Below, piece by piece: positions 55,313 to 64,000 of a stretch of DNA of 64,000 nucleotides. Position 1 is the stretch's first letter. Each line of letters begins with the position of its first letter. Origin of the DNA: Patescibacteria group bacterium (GTDB lineage Bacteria > Patescibacteriota > Minisyncoccia > Phycocordibacterales > Phycocordibacteraceae); assembly GCA_040384705.1 (NCBI GenBank), contig JAZKIU010000001.1:25907-89906 (forward strand). The letters run 5' to 3'. The notes beneath the pieces are model-generated. The model was not told where the DNA came from. It saw only the letters and a list, made by a program, of their open reading frames with translations, and made no database searches. The translations under genes and the position numbers were made by a program.

Positions 55313-57247
55313 TTAATCTATTATCACCTCCCCTTCCCCGTCCGGAGGAACGGAATACATAAGGCCCTCATCGATGTCGTAGAGGAAGTGGGATGGTTCC
55401 GCGAAATAGTCGGTGCCATAGAGGCGACGGATGCGCGCAAGCGTAAGGTTGAGGCGTTTCTTCGCGCGCGTGACTGCGACATAGAAGAGCCGGCGTTCTT
55501 CTTCCTGATCGCGCTCGTTCTCGTCGCCCATACCTTCGTGCGGGAATAATCCCTGCTCCATGCCGGTAACGAATACCGTATCGAACTCAAGCCCCTTCGC
55601 TGCATGCACTGTCATGAGCGTGACTCCCGTCGTTCCCGGTTTCCTGTCGAGTTCGTCCTGGTCGCCCGCGAGCGCGGTGTCGGCCAGGAACGCATTGATG
55701 CCCTCCTCTCCGGGTGTCGCGTCATAGCGACTCGCAAGCGTTGCGAGCTCTTTCACGTTCTCAAGTCGTTCCTTGTCATCATCCGCTCCCTTTGCGAGCG
55801 CCTCTGCCATTCCGCTCTTCTCGATGATGGAGCGCACGAATACAGAAGGAAGCGCGGTCTTCGCTTCCGCGTTGAGCTCCTCGACAAGCGCCTCGAATGC
55901 CGCGACCTTGGTGCGCTCACTCGGCTTAAGCGAATCCCTGTTCCCTTCCGTAAGCTTCCCGAGGGTCACCTTCCCGATACCGCGAGGAGGAAATTGTACG
56001 GCGCGTATACGGTCCGTTTCGCGCGTTGGCTCGAGCGCGAGCCTGACCCACGCGAGCACGTCCTTTATTTCCTTCCTATCGAGGAACCGCGTACCTAAGA
56101 GCTTGTATGGCACGCCCGCGTGCAAGAATGCTTCCTCTATCGCACGCGACTGGAAGTTGGTTCGATAGAGCACCGCTATCTCTTCGGGCGGCGTGCCGCG
56201 CAGCATCTCGGAGTGCGCCTGCCGCGCGACGTATCGGGCCTCTTCTTCTGCGGTTCCGGCTACGAATAGGCGGATGGGCTCGCCATCAGGATTATCGGTG
56301 ACAGATGTCTTCTCTTTCCGGTTGCTGTTCTTCTCGATTATCTGGTTCGCAGCTTCGACGATAGTCTTCGTCGAGCGGTAGTTGTGCGCGAGCACGATGG
56401 TCTTCGCGGACGGATACGACTGCTCGAACGAGAGAAGGTTCTCGATGGTTGCACCGCGCCAGGTGTAGATGGTCTGATCGATGTCGCCCACGACGAACAG
56501 ATTCCCGTGCCGGTGCGACAGCATGCTCGCAAGTCTACCCTGGAGCGCGTTGGTGTCCTGGTATTCGTCCACGTGAATGTGCGAGAAGAGTTCCTCGGCT
56601 GCAGTGCGGATGTCATCATGCCCCGCGAGCAGATGCACCGGAAGGCAGATGAGGTCATCGAAATCGAGCGCCTTCTCTTTCTTGAGTGTGTTCTCATAGC
56701 GCTCCCATACCTCAGACGCGATACGGGCACGGAAGCTCTCTCGCCCGTGCTTCTCGCGGAACTCGGCCGGCGTCATGCCATCTCCTTTCGCTTTGCTGAT
56801 GCGGGAGAGAATAGCCCGTGGAGGTACCTCCTTAGGGTCCACGTCGAGCGCCTTGAGCGCTTCCTTAATCGCGCGCTCCGAATCATCACGGTCGAAGATG
56901 CTGAAATACCGCGGAATACCGAGACGGCTGCCGTAGCGCTCGAGGATAATACGACCAAGCCCGTGGAAGGTGACCACTACCGGAAGCGGAGAGTCTCCGA
57001 GCTGGACTGCGAGGCGCTCCCGCATCTCGCGGGCGGCCTTATTCGTGAACGTCACGGCCAATATCTTCTCGGCCGGTACCCCCTCCCGGATAAGGTGGTA
57101 GATACGGGTGGTGAGCACCCGGGTTTTGCCTGAGCCCGCGCCGGCAAGAACGGAAATCGGGCCTTCGGTAGCGAGCACCGCCTCCCGTTGCGCATCATTG
57201 AGTCCATTAAGGTACTGCATCGTTAATGAAATATACCGCGGGCGCAT
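55313..57247 (-). CDS. pcrA: UvrD/PcrA/Rep-family ATP-dependent DNA helicase
   Basis: Walker A LAGAGSGKTRVL and SF1 helicase motifs; 644 aa. Confidence 0.9.
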   Translation of the reverse strand: MRPRYISLTMQYLNGLNDAQREAVLATEGPISVLAGAGSGKTRVLTTRIYHLIREGVPAEKILAVTFTNKAAREMRERLAVQLGDSPLPVVVTFHGLGRIILERYGSRLGIPRYFSIFDRDDSERAIKEALKALDVDPKEVPPRAILSRISKAKGDGMTPAEFREKHGRESFRARIASEVWERYENTLKKEKALDFDDLICLPVHLLAGHDDIRTAAEELFSHIHVDEYQDTNALQGRLASMLSHRHGNLFVVGDIDQTIYTWRGATIENLLSFEQSYPSAKTIVLAHNYRSTKTIVEAANQIIEKNSNRKEKTSVTDNPDGEPIRLFVAGTAEEEARYVARQAHSEMLRGTPPEEIAVLYRTNFQSRAIEEAFLHAGVPYKLLGTRFLDRKEIKDVLAWVRLALEPTRETDRIRAVQFPPRGIGKVTLGKLTEGNRDSLKPSERTKVAAFEALVEELNAEAKTALPSVFVRSIIEKSGMAEALAKGADDDKERLENVKELATLASRYDATPGEEGINAFLADTALAGDQDELDRKPGTTGVTLMTVHAAKGLEFDTVFVTGMEQGLFPHEGMGDENERDQEEERRLFYVAVTRAKKRLNLTLARIRRLYGTDYFAEPSHFLYDIDEGLMYSVPPDGEGEVIID

Positions 57248-57402
57248 TATCTCCCCTATTTTTGGGAGACTGGCTTGACGAAAACCCGATTTTTAGGCTC
57301 TCAACACTACGCAATTGCTGAGGTTGACCCTCATTCTCAACCCTTTATACTACCTTCATCGAGTGAGATTCTGACACGCAAGGATGGCTTACATAAGCCG
57401 TT

Positions 57403-58551
57403 TTGTATTCTGAAGAAACGCTGAATATACCCCCGTTCCCCCTTATTTCAACACCCAAGCACCCTTCCCGTTCCAAGGCGAAAGCATTGAACGGGAACGC
57501 ATACTCAAGCGCAGCCGCACTCATCGCGGCGGGCCTTATCCTAAGCCTCCTTGCCCTCCTCATGCCGCGCATAGCGGGAGCCTTTTGGCCGTTCGTGGGA
57601 GCGAGGGCCCAAGTCGCAGACACCCTCACCCACGACAGCACCATGGATCTGCTCGATGGAGCGGTGAATTCCGATCCGAACCCAGCTAAGGGAGGCGGTA
57701 CCATCGCCATGACCGGCGACTCCGCCCTTATGGCGAACGTGGGCCCTGACGGCACCATCGCTCCTCCGGGCTCTTTTGCCGCGGCCGCAAGCGAAGGGGG
57801 CGGCCAGATTCGTACCTATACCGTCAAGAACGGCGATAACCTCTCTGAAATAGCGAGCCGGTTCGGCGTTACGGTGAACACCATCCTCTGGGCGAACGAT
57901 ATAAAGAGCGCGAATCTCGTGAAGCCGGGCGACGAGCTGCTCATCCTCCCGGTTTCCGGGCTTCAGTACACCGTGCGCCCGGGCGACACTATCTCCGCCA
58001 TCGCCAAGAAGTACAAGGCCGATGCTGAGGAAATCGCGCTCTTCAACGGTCTTGAGTCTTCTGCGGATCTCATCGCGGGTTCTGACATCATCGTGCCGGG
58101 TGGCGCACTTCCAAGCGCTAAGCCGACGACGAAAACGAGCTCCTCCGCAGCTGCTAAGGCGAAGTCGAGCGCGCCAGCTACGAAGAGCCTCCCCGCTATT
58201 TCCGGATTCTTCGGTAACCCACTTCCAGGCGGCCGCGTCTCGCAGGGCATCCATGGCTATAACGGTATCGACATCGCTGCCCCGTCAGGCACCCCTATCT
58301 ATGCAGCGGCGGGAGGTTCCATCGTCGTCGCGAAGAACAATGACGGGTACAACGGCGGGTACGGTAACTACATCGTTATCGACCACGGTAACGGTACCCA
58401 GACGCTCTACGCACACATGTCGTCGACCGCGGTTTCAGGCGGCGCGATAAGCAAGGGCGACCTCATCGGGTATGTCGGTAACACTGGACGCTCCACTGGT
58501 AACCACCTTCACTTCGAGGTTCGTGGCGCGAAGAATCCACTCGCTAACTAG
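57403..58551 (+). CDS. LysM-domain M23-family peptidase
   Basis: Two LysM repeats (YTVKNGDNLSEIASRFGV; YTVRPGDTISAIAKKY) and the M23 catalytic region (HGYNGIDIAAPSGTPIYAAAGG...HLHFEV). The track start is a TTG; an alternative TTG at about 57487 with an AAGG Shine-Dalgarno is more likely. Confidence 0.85.
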   Translation: MYSEETLNIPPFPLISTPKHPSRSKAKALNGNAYSSAAALIAAGLILSLLALLMPRIAGAFWPFVGARAQVADTLTHDSTMDLLDGAVNSDPNPAKGGGTIAMTGDSALMANVGPDGTIAPPGSFAAAASEGGGQIRTYTVKNGDNLSEIASRFGVTVNTILWANDIKSANLVKPGDELLILPVSGLQYTVRPGDTISAIAKKYKADAEEIALFNGLESSADLIAGSDIIVPGGALPSAKPTTKTSSSAAAKAKSSAPATKSLPAISGFFGNPLPGGRVSQGIHGYNGIDIAAPSGTPIYAAAGGSIVVAKNNDGYNGGYGNYIVIDHGNGTQTLYAHMSSTAVSGGAISKGDLIGYVGNTGRSTGNHLHFEVRGAKNPLAN

Positions 58552-58568
58552 GGATTGATACAGCAGAA

Positions 58569-58608
58569 AAGAAACAGCGCAGGCCTCAGGCCTGCGCTGT
58601 TTCTTTAG
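58569..58608. terminator. Bidirectional terminator
   Basis: AGAAACAGCGCAGGCC-TCA-GGCCTGCGCTGTTTCTTT. Confidence 0.6.
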
Positions 58609-58619
58609 CTGCCCCCTAC

Positions 58620-59282
58620 TTACGCGGCAGGAACTGTATCTATCACTGGCGTTGCAGCGACTGCTCCACCTGAGATGGTGCGATATGCATGAACCATCGC
58701 AAGCACAGTGACCGGAATGGTCACGAGAAGGCCGACGAAGAGCGCGAGAAGGCCGAGGAGGTTGATACCCACCACCGCGAGCATGAGAAGGAGTATCCTC
58801 CATCGGTTGCCCTTGGTGAGACGAGCGCTCTCCTTAAGTGCTTCGATAGGGGCGAGGTCCTTATCCACCACGAGGTAGAGCGCGAACGAGAAGACGATAG
58901 CAGCGATGACGCCCGGAACGATGAGAAGCAGGATACCGATGCCTACAATCACCCAGAGAAGGATGGATGTACCGAAGAAGCGCCAGAAGCGGGTCGGGTA
59001 CCAGAGGTCACGGAGCGTTACACCTTTCGAATCGCTATGCGCCTTAAGGAAGAAGTGCGTATGTCCGAGCGCGTAGAGCATGGAAAGCCCAAGCGAGATG
59101 AGCACGCCTACGATCTCGAGAAGCGAGAGGAGGGATTCGCCCTCGAATTCGAGCGCCTTCTGCACGCCCGAGCCAACGAGCTCGACCGCGAGGCCGACGA
59201 TGATAGCGCCCACGAATATCCAGGGATTAGCCTTGAACGTCGTCCAGCCGAAGCGGAGGCATTCTTTTATAGAGAGGGTCAT
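58620..59282 (-). CDS. Polytopic membrane protein (DUF975-like topology)
   Basis: About 6 TM helices; no catalytic motif found. Confidence 0.5.
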   Translation of the reverse strand: MTLSIKECLRFGWTTFKANPWIFVGAIIVGLAVELVGSGVQKALEFEGESLLSLLEIVGVLISLGLSMLYALGHTHFFLKAHSDSKGVTLRDLWYPTRFWRFFGTSILLWVIVGIGILLLIVPGVIAAIVFSFALYLVVDKDLAPIEALKESARLTKGNRWRILLLMLAVVGINLLGLLALFVGLLVTIPVTVLAMVHAYRTISGGAVAATPVIDTVPAA

Positions 59283-59289
59283 AGAGGTA

Positions 59290-59643
59290 TTAGTTATTGA
59301 GGTGAGCTATGCAGGTCTTGGCTGCAGGTTCCGCTTCGAGGCGTTCTTCCTCTATCTGCTCGCCGCTCACGATGCAGACGCCGTAGGTGCCGTCCTCGAT
59401 ACGTGCGAGCGCTGCGAGGACGTCGTTGTATCGGTTCTCGAGGTCGGTAAGTATGGCCGCGTTCTCCCCGAGGCCTTCCATAAGGTCAGCTTGGTCGTTC
59501 GGGTCGGACTCCTGCCCCACTTCCTGCGGGATCGGTTCCCAATCAGCGGGATTAGAAGGGTTACGGCGACCTACGGTCGCGAGTTCGGCTTCGAGCGTCT
59601 GCTTCTCGCTCGTGAGGCGTTCCTTGAAGTGTTCTATATTCAT
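59290..59643 (-). CDS. DksA/TraR-family zinc-finger-like protein (YteA-like, only 2 Cys)
   Basis: Coiled-coil N-terminal half, then C-terminal GTYGVCIVSGEQIEEERLEAEPAAKTCIAH. Start moved to MNIEHFKE at about 59643. Confidence 0.55.
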   Translation of the reverse strand: MNIEHFKERLTSEKQTLEAELATVGRRNPSNPADWEPIPQEVGQESDPNDQADLMEGLGENAAILTDLENRYNDVLAALARIEDGTYGVCIVSGEQIEEERLEAEPAAKTCIAHLNN

Positions 59644-59674
59644 GCTGCGTACTTTACCACACCGGGAAATAAGG

Positions 59675-60970
59675 CTAGCGGGTCCGACTCGCGGCCAGTC
59701 GTGAGAGAAGTTGGGTGTATGCTGCCTCATCGCGAGCAAGGACGAGCGTTTCCTTATCTACATATCCGTAGAGCATGAGCGTGTTACCTGCAGTGTCCCG
59801 CAGCACACGCACGTCATGGCTTTGGACGATAGCATCCTCGAACTGGGTATTCGCCCGAACCGGCTCTACTGCCTGCGGAGTCGAGGTTCCGATAGGTGCT
59901 TGAGTGGCCGGAAGGAGATTCCCTGCTCCGCGAGCTGGGTACAGTACGGCAAGGTCGCGATCCATGCTTACCTCCCAGGCGAGCATGCCGGCGAACGTGC
60001 GTTCGTAGGAAGTGACGCGGAATATGAAGAATGGACGTGTCTCCCCGCCCGCCGCAAGTATCCCTACGGTACTGAATGGCGCGATATTGCGTAGCAGGAT
60101 GTCCGGAGCCGGAAGCTTCATCGCCGCAATGAGTGTGCCGCCTGAGAGCGGGACTTCCCTCACCTCTCCCTTGGACGTCGTGGTCGACTCCGAGAGATAG
60201 GTGATTATGACGTTCCCTTCGGGGAGGGGTTCGTTCGCAAGATCAGCGATCTGCTGGATGAGGTCGTTACCGCTCCCTTGGAGCTTTACTTGCTCGTCCG
60301 CGAACACGAGCGATGGAACGACGAGTCCTGATGGGGGAAGCGTATTCAATCGCATGACGTACCAAGCGGCAGTCGCTACCCCTACCCCACCAAGGACGAT
60401 AAGCAGAATACCGCTGACAGCAAAGATAACGCTTCGCTTCTTCGGGGCGGATGGAAGCACGGTTCGCTTCGCATCCTGCTGCGCCGCCAGCACCGAGAAG
60501 GAAGAAGCGCCACGCGCATCGATGTGGTCGGCGAAATCGCTCTTATAGGTATGTATGGGTGAAGGCTTCTCTTCAGCGCGCGCGACTGCTGGCATCGGTG
60601 CTGGGGCGGGCTGCGCTACTGGCTCGAATAGCGGTTGCGGGGGTGCTATTGGTTCGGGCGAAGCTAATGGTGGTGGCGGAGGGGCGGAAGCTATCTCTAT
60701 CTGCGCGCTCTCGCTCACCTTCTTCTTGAGGCGTGCGAATAGCTCTTCGCGATCGGTGTCAGTAGGAGCTACCACGGGCGCGCGATAGGTCTCCGCTACT
60801 TCCTTCGAAGCTTGCGGCATCCGCAGCACGGGCGCCGGAGGCGGGGCTATGGGTGCTGGTTCAGGACGAGGTTCCGCAATCTTCGCTCCCTGCTCGCCTG
60901 AAAGCGCAGCCACATCTTTCGCATAGGTGCGGATGTATTTCGACTTGTCCTCTTGAGTGCTATCGCTCAT
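59675..60970 (-). CDS. Single-pass membrane protein with a Pro-rich cytoplasmic N-terminus
   Basis: APPPPPLASPEPIAPPQPLFEP..., a TM helix (VIFAVSGILLIVLGGVGVATAAWYV), then a roughly 230-aa extracytoplasmic domain. Confidence 0.5.
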   Translation of the reverse strand: MSDSTQEDKSKYIRTYAKDVAALSGEQGAKIAEPRPEPAPIAPPPAPVLRMPQASKEVAETYRAPVVAPTDTDREELFARLKKKVSESAQIEIASAPPPPPLASPEPIAPPQPLFEPVAQPAPAPMPAVARAEEKPSPIHTYKSDFADHIDARGASSFSVLAAQQDAKRTVLPSAPKKRSVIFAVSGILLIVLGGVGVATAAWYVMRLNTLPPSGLVVPSLVFADEQVKLQGSGNDLIQQIADLANEPLPEGNVIITYLSESTTTSKGEVREVPLSGGTLIAAMKLPAPDILLRNIAPFSTVGILAAGGETRPFFIFRVTSYERTFAGMLAWEVSMDRDLAVLYPARGAGNLLPATQAPIGTSTPQAVEPVRANTQFEDAIVQSHDVRVLRDTAGNTLMLYGYVDKETLVLARDEAAYTQLLSRLAASRTR

Positions 60971-61045
60971 GCGTTATCCCAAAGTATAACCGGAGAAACC
61001 CCCGAGACGCTTCCGTCTCGGGGGTTTCTCGCACATTAGATACTC

Positions 61046-61558
61046 TTAACGATGTCCGATGATGAACTTCTTCGGGTTCTCGCACATATCGGTGAATGCG
61101 TGCGCTGCTTCCTTCAGCTTCTGCGAGGATGACTTGCCGAAGGAGATGACCTCCACCTGGCAACCTTCGTTCATATCGAGGTACTCGATGAGCGGGACGA
61201 AGTCGCCGTCACCGGTCGCGAGGATAATGGTGTCGAGCTTGGGTGCGAGCTTTACCGCATCGATAGCGATACCGACGTCCCAGTCAGCCTTTTTAGCGCC
61301 ATCGGAGAATATCTGAAGGCCCTTCGTCTTCGTTTCGATGCCAATCTTGGTGAGGGCATCGAAGAACGCTCCCTCTTCCCCGCCTTCCGTCGAGATGACA
61401 TAGGCGATAGCGCGCACGAGGACGCGGTCGCCCACTGCCTCAGCGAGGACGTTAGCGAAATTAACACGGGATTTATAAAGATGCTTGGCGCTGTGGTAGA
61501 GATTCTGGGTATCTATGAAAACCCCCACACGCTGCGCCGGATGTTTTATCACGGCCAT
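61046..61558 (-). CDS. NYN-domain (LabA-like PIN) protein
   Basis: Begins VGVFIDTQNLYHSAK, with ATGDGDFVPLIEYL typical of NYN/LabA. Confidence 0.75.
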   Translation of the reverse strand: MAVIKHPAQRVGVFIDTQNLYHSAKHLYKSRVNFANVLAEAVGDRVLVRAIAYVISTEGGEEGAFFDALTKIGIETKTKGLQIFSDGAKKADWDVGIAIDAVKLAPKLDTIILATGDGDFVPLIEYLDMNEGCQVEVISFGKSSSQKLKEAAHAFTDMCENPKKFIIGHR

Positions 61559-61684
61559 AACGGTATGTAATTAGATAGGAAGCAGGTTGTATTGAAAATA
61601 ACCCTCACTCCCCTGATTCATTAAAATGATGGTAGCCACCGGCTACGTCATATATAGTCTAGCACCTGCTTATGAAACGAGAAT

Positions 61685-61704
61685 CGCGGGCTTGGGTGCC
61701 CGCG
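61685..61704 (-). terminator. Hairpin downstream of rpsO
   Basis: CGCGGGC-TTGGGT-GCCCGCG, followed on the minus strand by ATTCTCGTTTC. Confidence 0.4.
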
Positions 61705-61708
61705 GTTC

Positions 61709-61975
61709 CTACTTCTTCAAACCAAGCTTCTTGATAAGTGCGTTGTAGCCGCGCTTATTGTTCTTTTCGAGGTAGCGAAGATGTGCGCGACGGTCAGCGA
61801 CCATCTGGAGAAGACCGCGACGGGAGTGGAAATCCTTCTTATTCTTCTTGAGGTGGGCGGTAAGCTCCTCAATCTTGCGGGTAAGGATAGCCACCTGGAC
61901 CGGAGCTGAGCCGGTATCAGTAGGATGCACTGCCGTTTCTTTAATAACGGTCGTCTTCACGCGTTTCGTTAGCAT
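61709..61975 (-). CDS. rpsO: 30S ribosomal protein S15
   Basis: 88 aa with the C-terminal S15 signature [18 protein letters not shown]. Confidence 0.9.
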   Translation of the reverse strand: MLTKRVKTTVIKETAVHPTDTGSAPVQVAILTRKIEELTAHLKKNKKDFHSRRGLLQMVADRRAHLRYLEKNNKRGYNALIKKLGLKK

Positions 61976-62078
61976 TAGCCCTACCTTACCACATCTTGAT
62001 TAAAAGCGCAAGTGTTGTGGGGTGCGGACAGCCTCCCCTGCCAATATTTTACGACGTCCCGGGTGCTACACTTTCTAT

Positions 62079-62984
62079 ATGGATGCTCGCTCTATGCTTC
62101 GTCAGTTCCTCGAATATACCGAGATCGAGCGCGGTCGTGCGGTCAAAACGGTCGAGAACTACGAGCATTATCTCGATCGATTCTTCACTCAGATGCAGAT
62201 AAAGGAGATTTCTGACATTACGGAGGATCGCATACGTGAATTTAGGCTCTGGCTCAATCGCCAGCCTGGTACCGCAGGCACGATGAAGCGCCGAACGCAG
62301 AACTACTACCTCATCGCGCTCCGAGCCTTCCTTAAATATCTTAGGAAGCGAGGCGTCGATGGCCTTAATCCTGAGCGTATAGAGCTTGCGAAGCTTCCTG
62401 AGCGCCAGATAGACCTCATCTCAAGCGCCGAGCTCGAACGATTGCTCAAGGCGACCGATGGCGATAGCGAGAAGGCGCTGCGTGATAAGGCCATTATGGA
62501 GATGCTCTTCTCCACTGGACTGCGTGTTTCCGAGCTTTGCGCTCTCAACTCCGATATCGATCTGTCGCGGGATGACCTCTCCGTTCGTGGAAAGGGCGAT
62601 AAAGTACGGGTCGTATTCCTCTCCCCTGCCGCGAAGGACTCGGCACGCACCTATATGAAGGCTCGGAAGGATATGGAGGAAGCGCTCTTCGTGAACATCC
62701 CTAAGGTTGGGAAGGACAGCAAGAAGACTCCGTCGCGCCTTACCCCTCGCTCGGTCGAACGCACGATGAAGTTCTATGCCGCTAAGGCAGGTATAACCAA
62801 GAAGGTCACTCCCCACGTCCTTCGCCACTCCTTCGCCACCGATTTACTCTCTAACGGCGCTGATCTACGCAGTGTTCAGGCTCTTTTAGGCCATGCTTCT
62901 ATCAATACCACTCAGATATATACCCACGTTACCGATGCGCATCTCCGTGAGGTGCACAAGAAGTTCCATTCGAAGCAGCGGTAG
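62079..62984 (+). CDS. xerD: Tyrosine recombinase XerC/XerD-like
   Basis: Catalytic R..H..R..Y region (VLRHSFATDLLSNGADLRSVQALLGHASINTTQIYTHV); start at the ATG at about 62079. Confidence 0.85.
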   Translation: MDARSMLRQFLEYTEIERGRAVKTVENYEHYLDRFFTQMQIKEISDITEDRIREFRLWLNRQPGTAGTMKRRTQNYYLIALRAFLKYLRKRGVDGLNPERIELAKLPERQIDLISSAELERLLKATDGDSEKALRDKAIMEMLFSTGLRVSELCALNSDIDLSRDDLSVRGKGDKVRVVFLSPAAKDSARTYMKARKDMEEALFVNIPKVGKDSKKTPSRLTPRSVERTMKFYAAKAGITKKVTPHVLRHSFATDLLSNGADLRSVQALLGHASINTTQIYTHVTDAHLREVHKKFHSKQR

Positions 62985-63001
62985 TTTGCTAGAATGCGCA
63001 C

Positions 63002-63796
63002 ATGCGCATCATGTCTTGGAACGTGAACGGAATACGGGCTGTCCATAGGAAGGACGAGTTCATGCCGTTCCTCAAGAAATACAAGCCGGACATCCTCCTT
63101 CTTCAGGAGACCAAGGCCGAGCAGGAGCAATCCCCTCTCGACCTCCCTGACTACGAGGAATTCTGGAGTTCATCAAAGGGTCGCAAGGGATATAGCGGAA
63201 CGGCAATATTCACCAAAATGACTCCGAACGATGTCATCTTCGGCATGCCCGAGGATATCGCCAAGAAGCATGGCCTCGCGGATGATGGCTACGGCGACCC
63301 TAACCAGGAAGGCCGAATCGTCGCGGCGGACATGCATGATTTCTATGTCGTTTCCGTATACACCCCGAATGCCAAGGATGATTTATCCCGCCTAGCGCTT
63401 CGCCACAAGCACTGGGATCCGGCGTTTCTGGAGTATATGAAGCGGCTCGAAGAGGAGAAACCCGTTATTTTTGGCGGTGATTTGAACGTCGCTCATACGG
63501 CGGACGATTTGGCGCGACCCAAGGAGAACGAAGGAATGAAAGGCTTCACTGCCGAAGAGCGAGAGGGTATCGATCAGATACTGGCAGCCGGATTCGTCGA
63601 TACGCTTCGCATGTTCAAGCAAGGAAATGGGCTCTACACGTGGTGGAGCAATTTCGGAGGCGCTCGCGAACGTAACGTTGGCTGGCGAATAGATTACCTC
63701 TTCGTCTCGAAGAGCTTCAAGAAGCATATCAAAGAAGCGGACATCCACCCTCAGGTCATGGGCTCCGACCACTGCCCCATCTCGATTGTCTTATAG
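63002..63796 (+). CDS. xth: Exodeoxyribonuclease III
   Basis: MRIMSWNVNGIRA, QETK, GDLNVAH and DHCP motifs of the ExoIII/APE1 family. Confidence 0.9.
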   Translation: MRIMSWNVNGIRAVHRKDEFMPFLKKYKPDILLLQETKAEQEQSPLDLPDYEEFWSSSKGRKGYSGTAIFTKMTPNDVIFGMPEDIAKKHGLADDGYGDPNQEGRIVAADMHDFYVVSVYTPNAKDDLSRLALRHKHWDPAFLEYMKRLEEEKPVIFGGDLNVAHTADDLARPKENEGMKGFTAEEREGIDQILAAGFVDTLRMFKQGNGLYTWWSNFGGARERNVGWRIDYLFVSKSFKKHIKEADIHPQVMGSDHCPISIVL

Positions 63797-63854
63797 GACA
63801 GATAAAGGACATAGTTATACACACATTCTTATATTGTGTCCTTTACTCTGTCCT
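63795..63854. repeat. AT-rich 60-bp imperfect inverted repeat
   Basis: AGGACAGATAAAGGACA ... TGTCCTTTACTCTGTCCT arms flanking TAGTTATACACACATTCTTATAT; roughly 35% GC in a ~60% GC genome. Confidence 0.45.
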
Positions 63855-63870
63855 ATACATAACCTACTAT

Positions 63871-64000
63871 TACTTGAGGACGTGGAGGGGCTCGCGGATC
63901 ATGCCATGATGCGCAGACTCTTCCGCGCTTCGGCTGTTCCTTGCGAGCTCTTTCCAGGTTAGGCGCATAACGTTGCGTTCTGGCCCTTCCACCGTCTTCG
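63871..64000 (-). CDS. 3' end of a minus-strand CDS continuing beyond the window
   Basis: Stop at 63871-63873; C-terminal translation ...LTWKELARNSRSAEESAHHGMIREPLHVLK. Confidence 0.35.

Noticed and set aside
1-64000. CRISPR arrays, IS elements, prophage or integrase-bounded island
   Set aside because: No spaced direct repeats, no transposase or phage structural genes were found. The only tyrosine recombinase has XerC/D-type motifs and housekeeping context (rpsO, xth). The T4SS-like operon has chromosomal GC content and no flanking repeats, so it was not called a mobile element.

Overview
Scope and caveats: the window is GC-rich (~60%), densely coded bacterial chromosome with tightly packed, often overlapping genes. 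The compact, overlap-heavy layout, very short intergenic regions and short versions of conserved proteins (YebC, HolA-like) are compatible with a small-genome bacterium, possibly Patescibacteria/CPR; this is inference only. Several AT/low-GC patches (about 45-50% GC) sit next to tRNA genes. Coordinates taken from the ORF track are exact. tRNAs, hairpins, promoters and re-assigned start codons were placed by hand and may be off by 1-2 nt. I found no rRNA, no CRISPR array, no transposase and no obvious prophage.

Genes recognised, in order along the window:
- ileS (5' end) and argS.
- A folate/thymidylate supercluster: glyA, thyA, dcd, a CYTH-like protein, 5-formyl-THF cyclo-ligase, folA, folC.
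- rplK-nusG-secE.
- A SIMPL-family periplasmic protein, a ZIP metal transporter, mscL.
- tRNA-His and tRNA-Leu(GAG).
- rplS, an RluA-family pseudouridine synthase, uppS, acyP.
- tRNA-Val, tRNA-Leu(CAG), tRNA-Arg(TCT).
- A type IV pilus pilM-pilN-pilO block, a CsaA-like tRNA-binding protein, ruvX.
- tRNA-Ser, followed by a low-GC hypothetical gene.
- Two tandem tRNA-Arg genes, one with an apparent GCG anticodon.
- rpsT, ruvA, a Mur-ligase-family protein, a lamin-tail-domain secreted protein.
- tRNA-Lys, followed by a lower-GC stand-alone REC-domain gene.
- A holA-like gene, polA, tsaE, a Gly/Tyr-rich secreted protein.
- pilB.
- ruvB, an EEP nuclease, yebC, ruvC.
- PBP1A.
- The replication-origin neighbourhood: dnaN and dnaA on the minus strand, then DnaA boxes, then rpmH-rnpA-yidC on the plus strand.
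- A 12-kb, 12-gene minus-strand operon with type IV secretion hallmarks (features at 42337-54467).
- rsmA, a UvrD/PcrA helicase, a LysM-M23 peptidase, a DksA/TraR-like protein, a NYN-domain protein, rpsO, xerD, xth.

The most interesting item is the type IV secretion (T4SS)-like operon. It contains:
- a VirB4 ATPase split into an N-domain ORF and an ATPase ORF separated by 2 nt;
- a PrgI/VirB3-like protein;
- a VirB6-like polytopic protein;
- a VirB2/TrbC-like pilin fused to a ~200-aa Cys-rich domain;
- a Pro-rich protein and several secreted proteins.
No relaxase, coupling protein (VirD4) or VirB11 is present in the window.

Other points of note:
- A recurring extended -10-like motif, TGCTAG(A/T)AT or TGNTACTAT, abuts the start codons of many genes, which would imply leaderless mRNAs.
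- Several perfect palindromes and an AT-rich inverted repeat lie next to xerD-xth.
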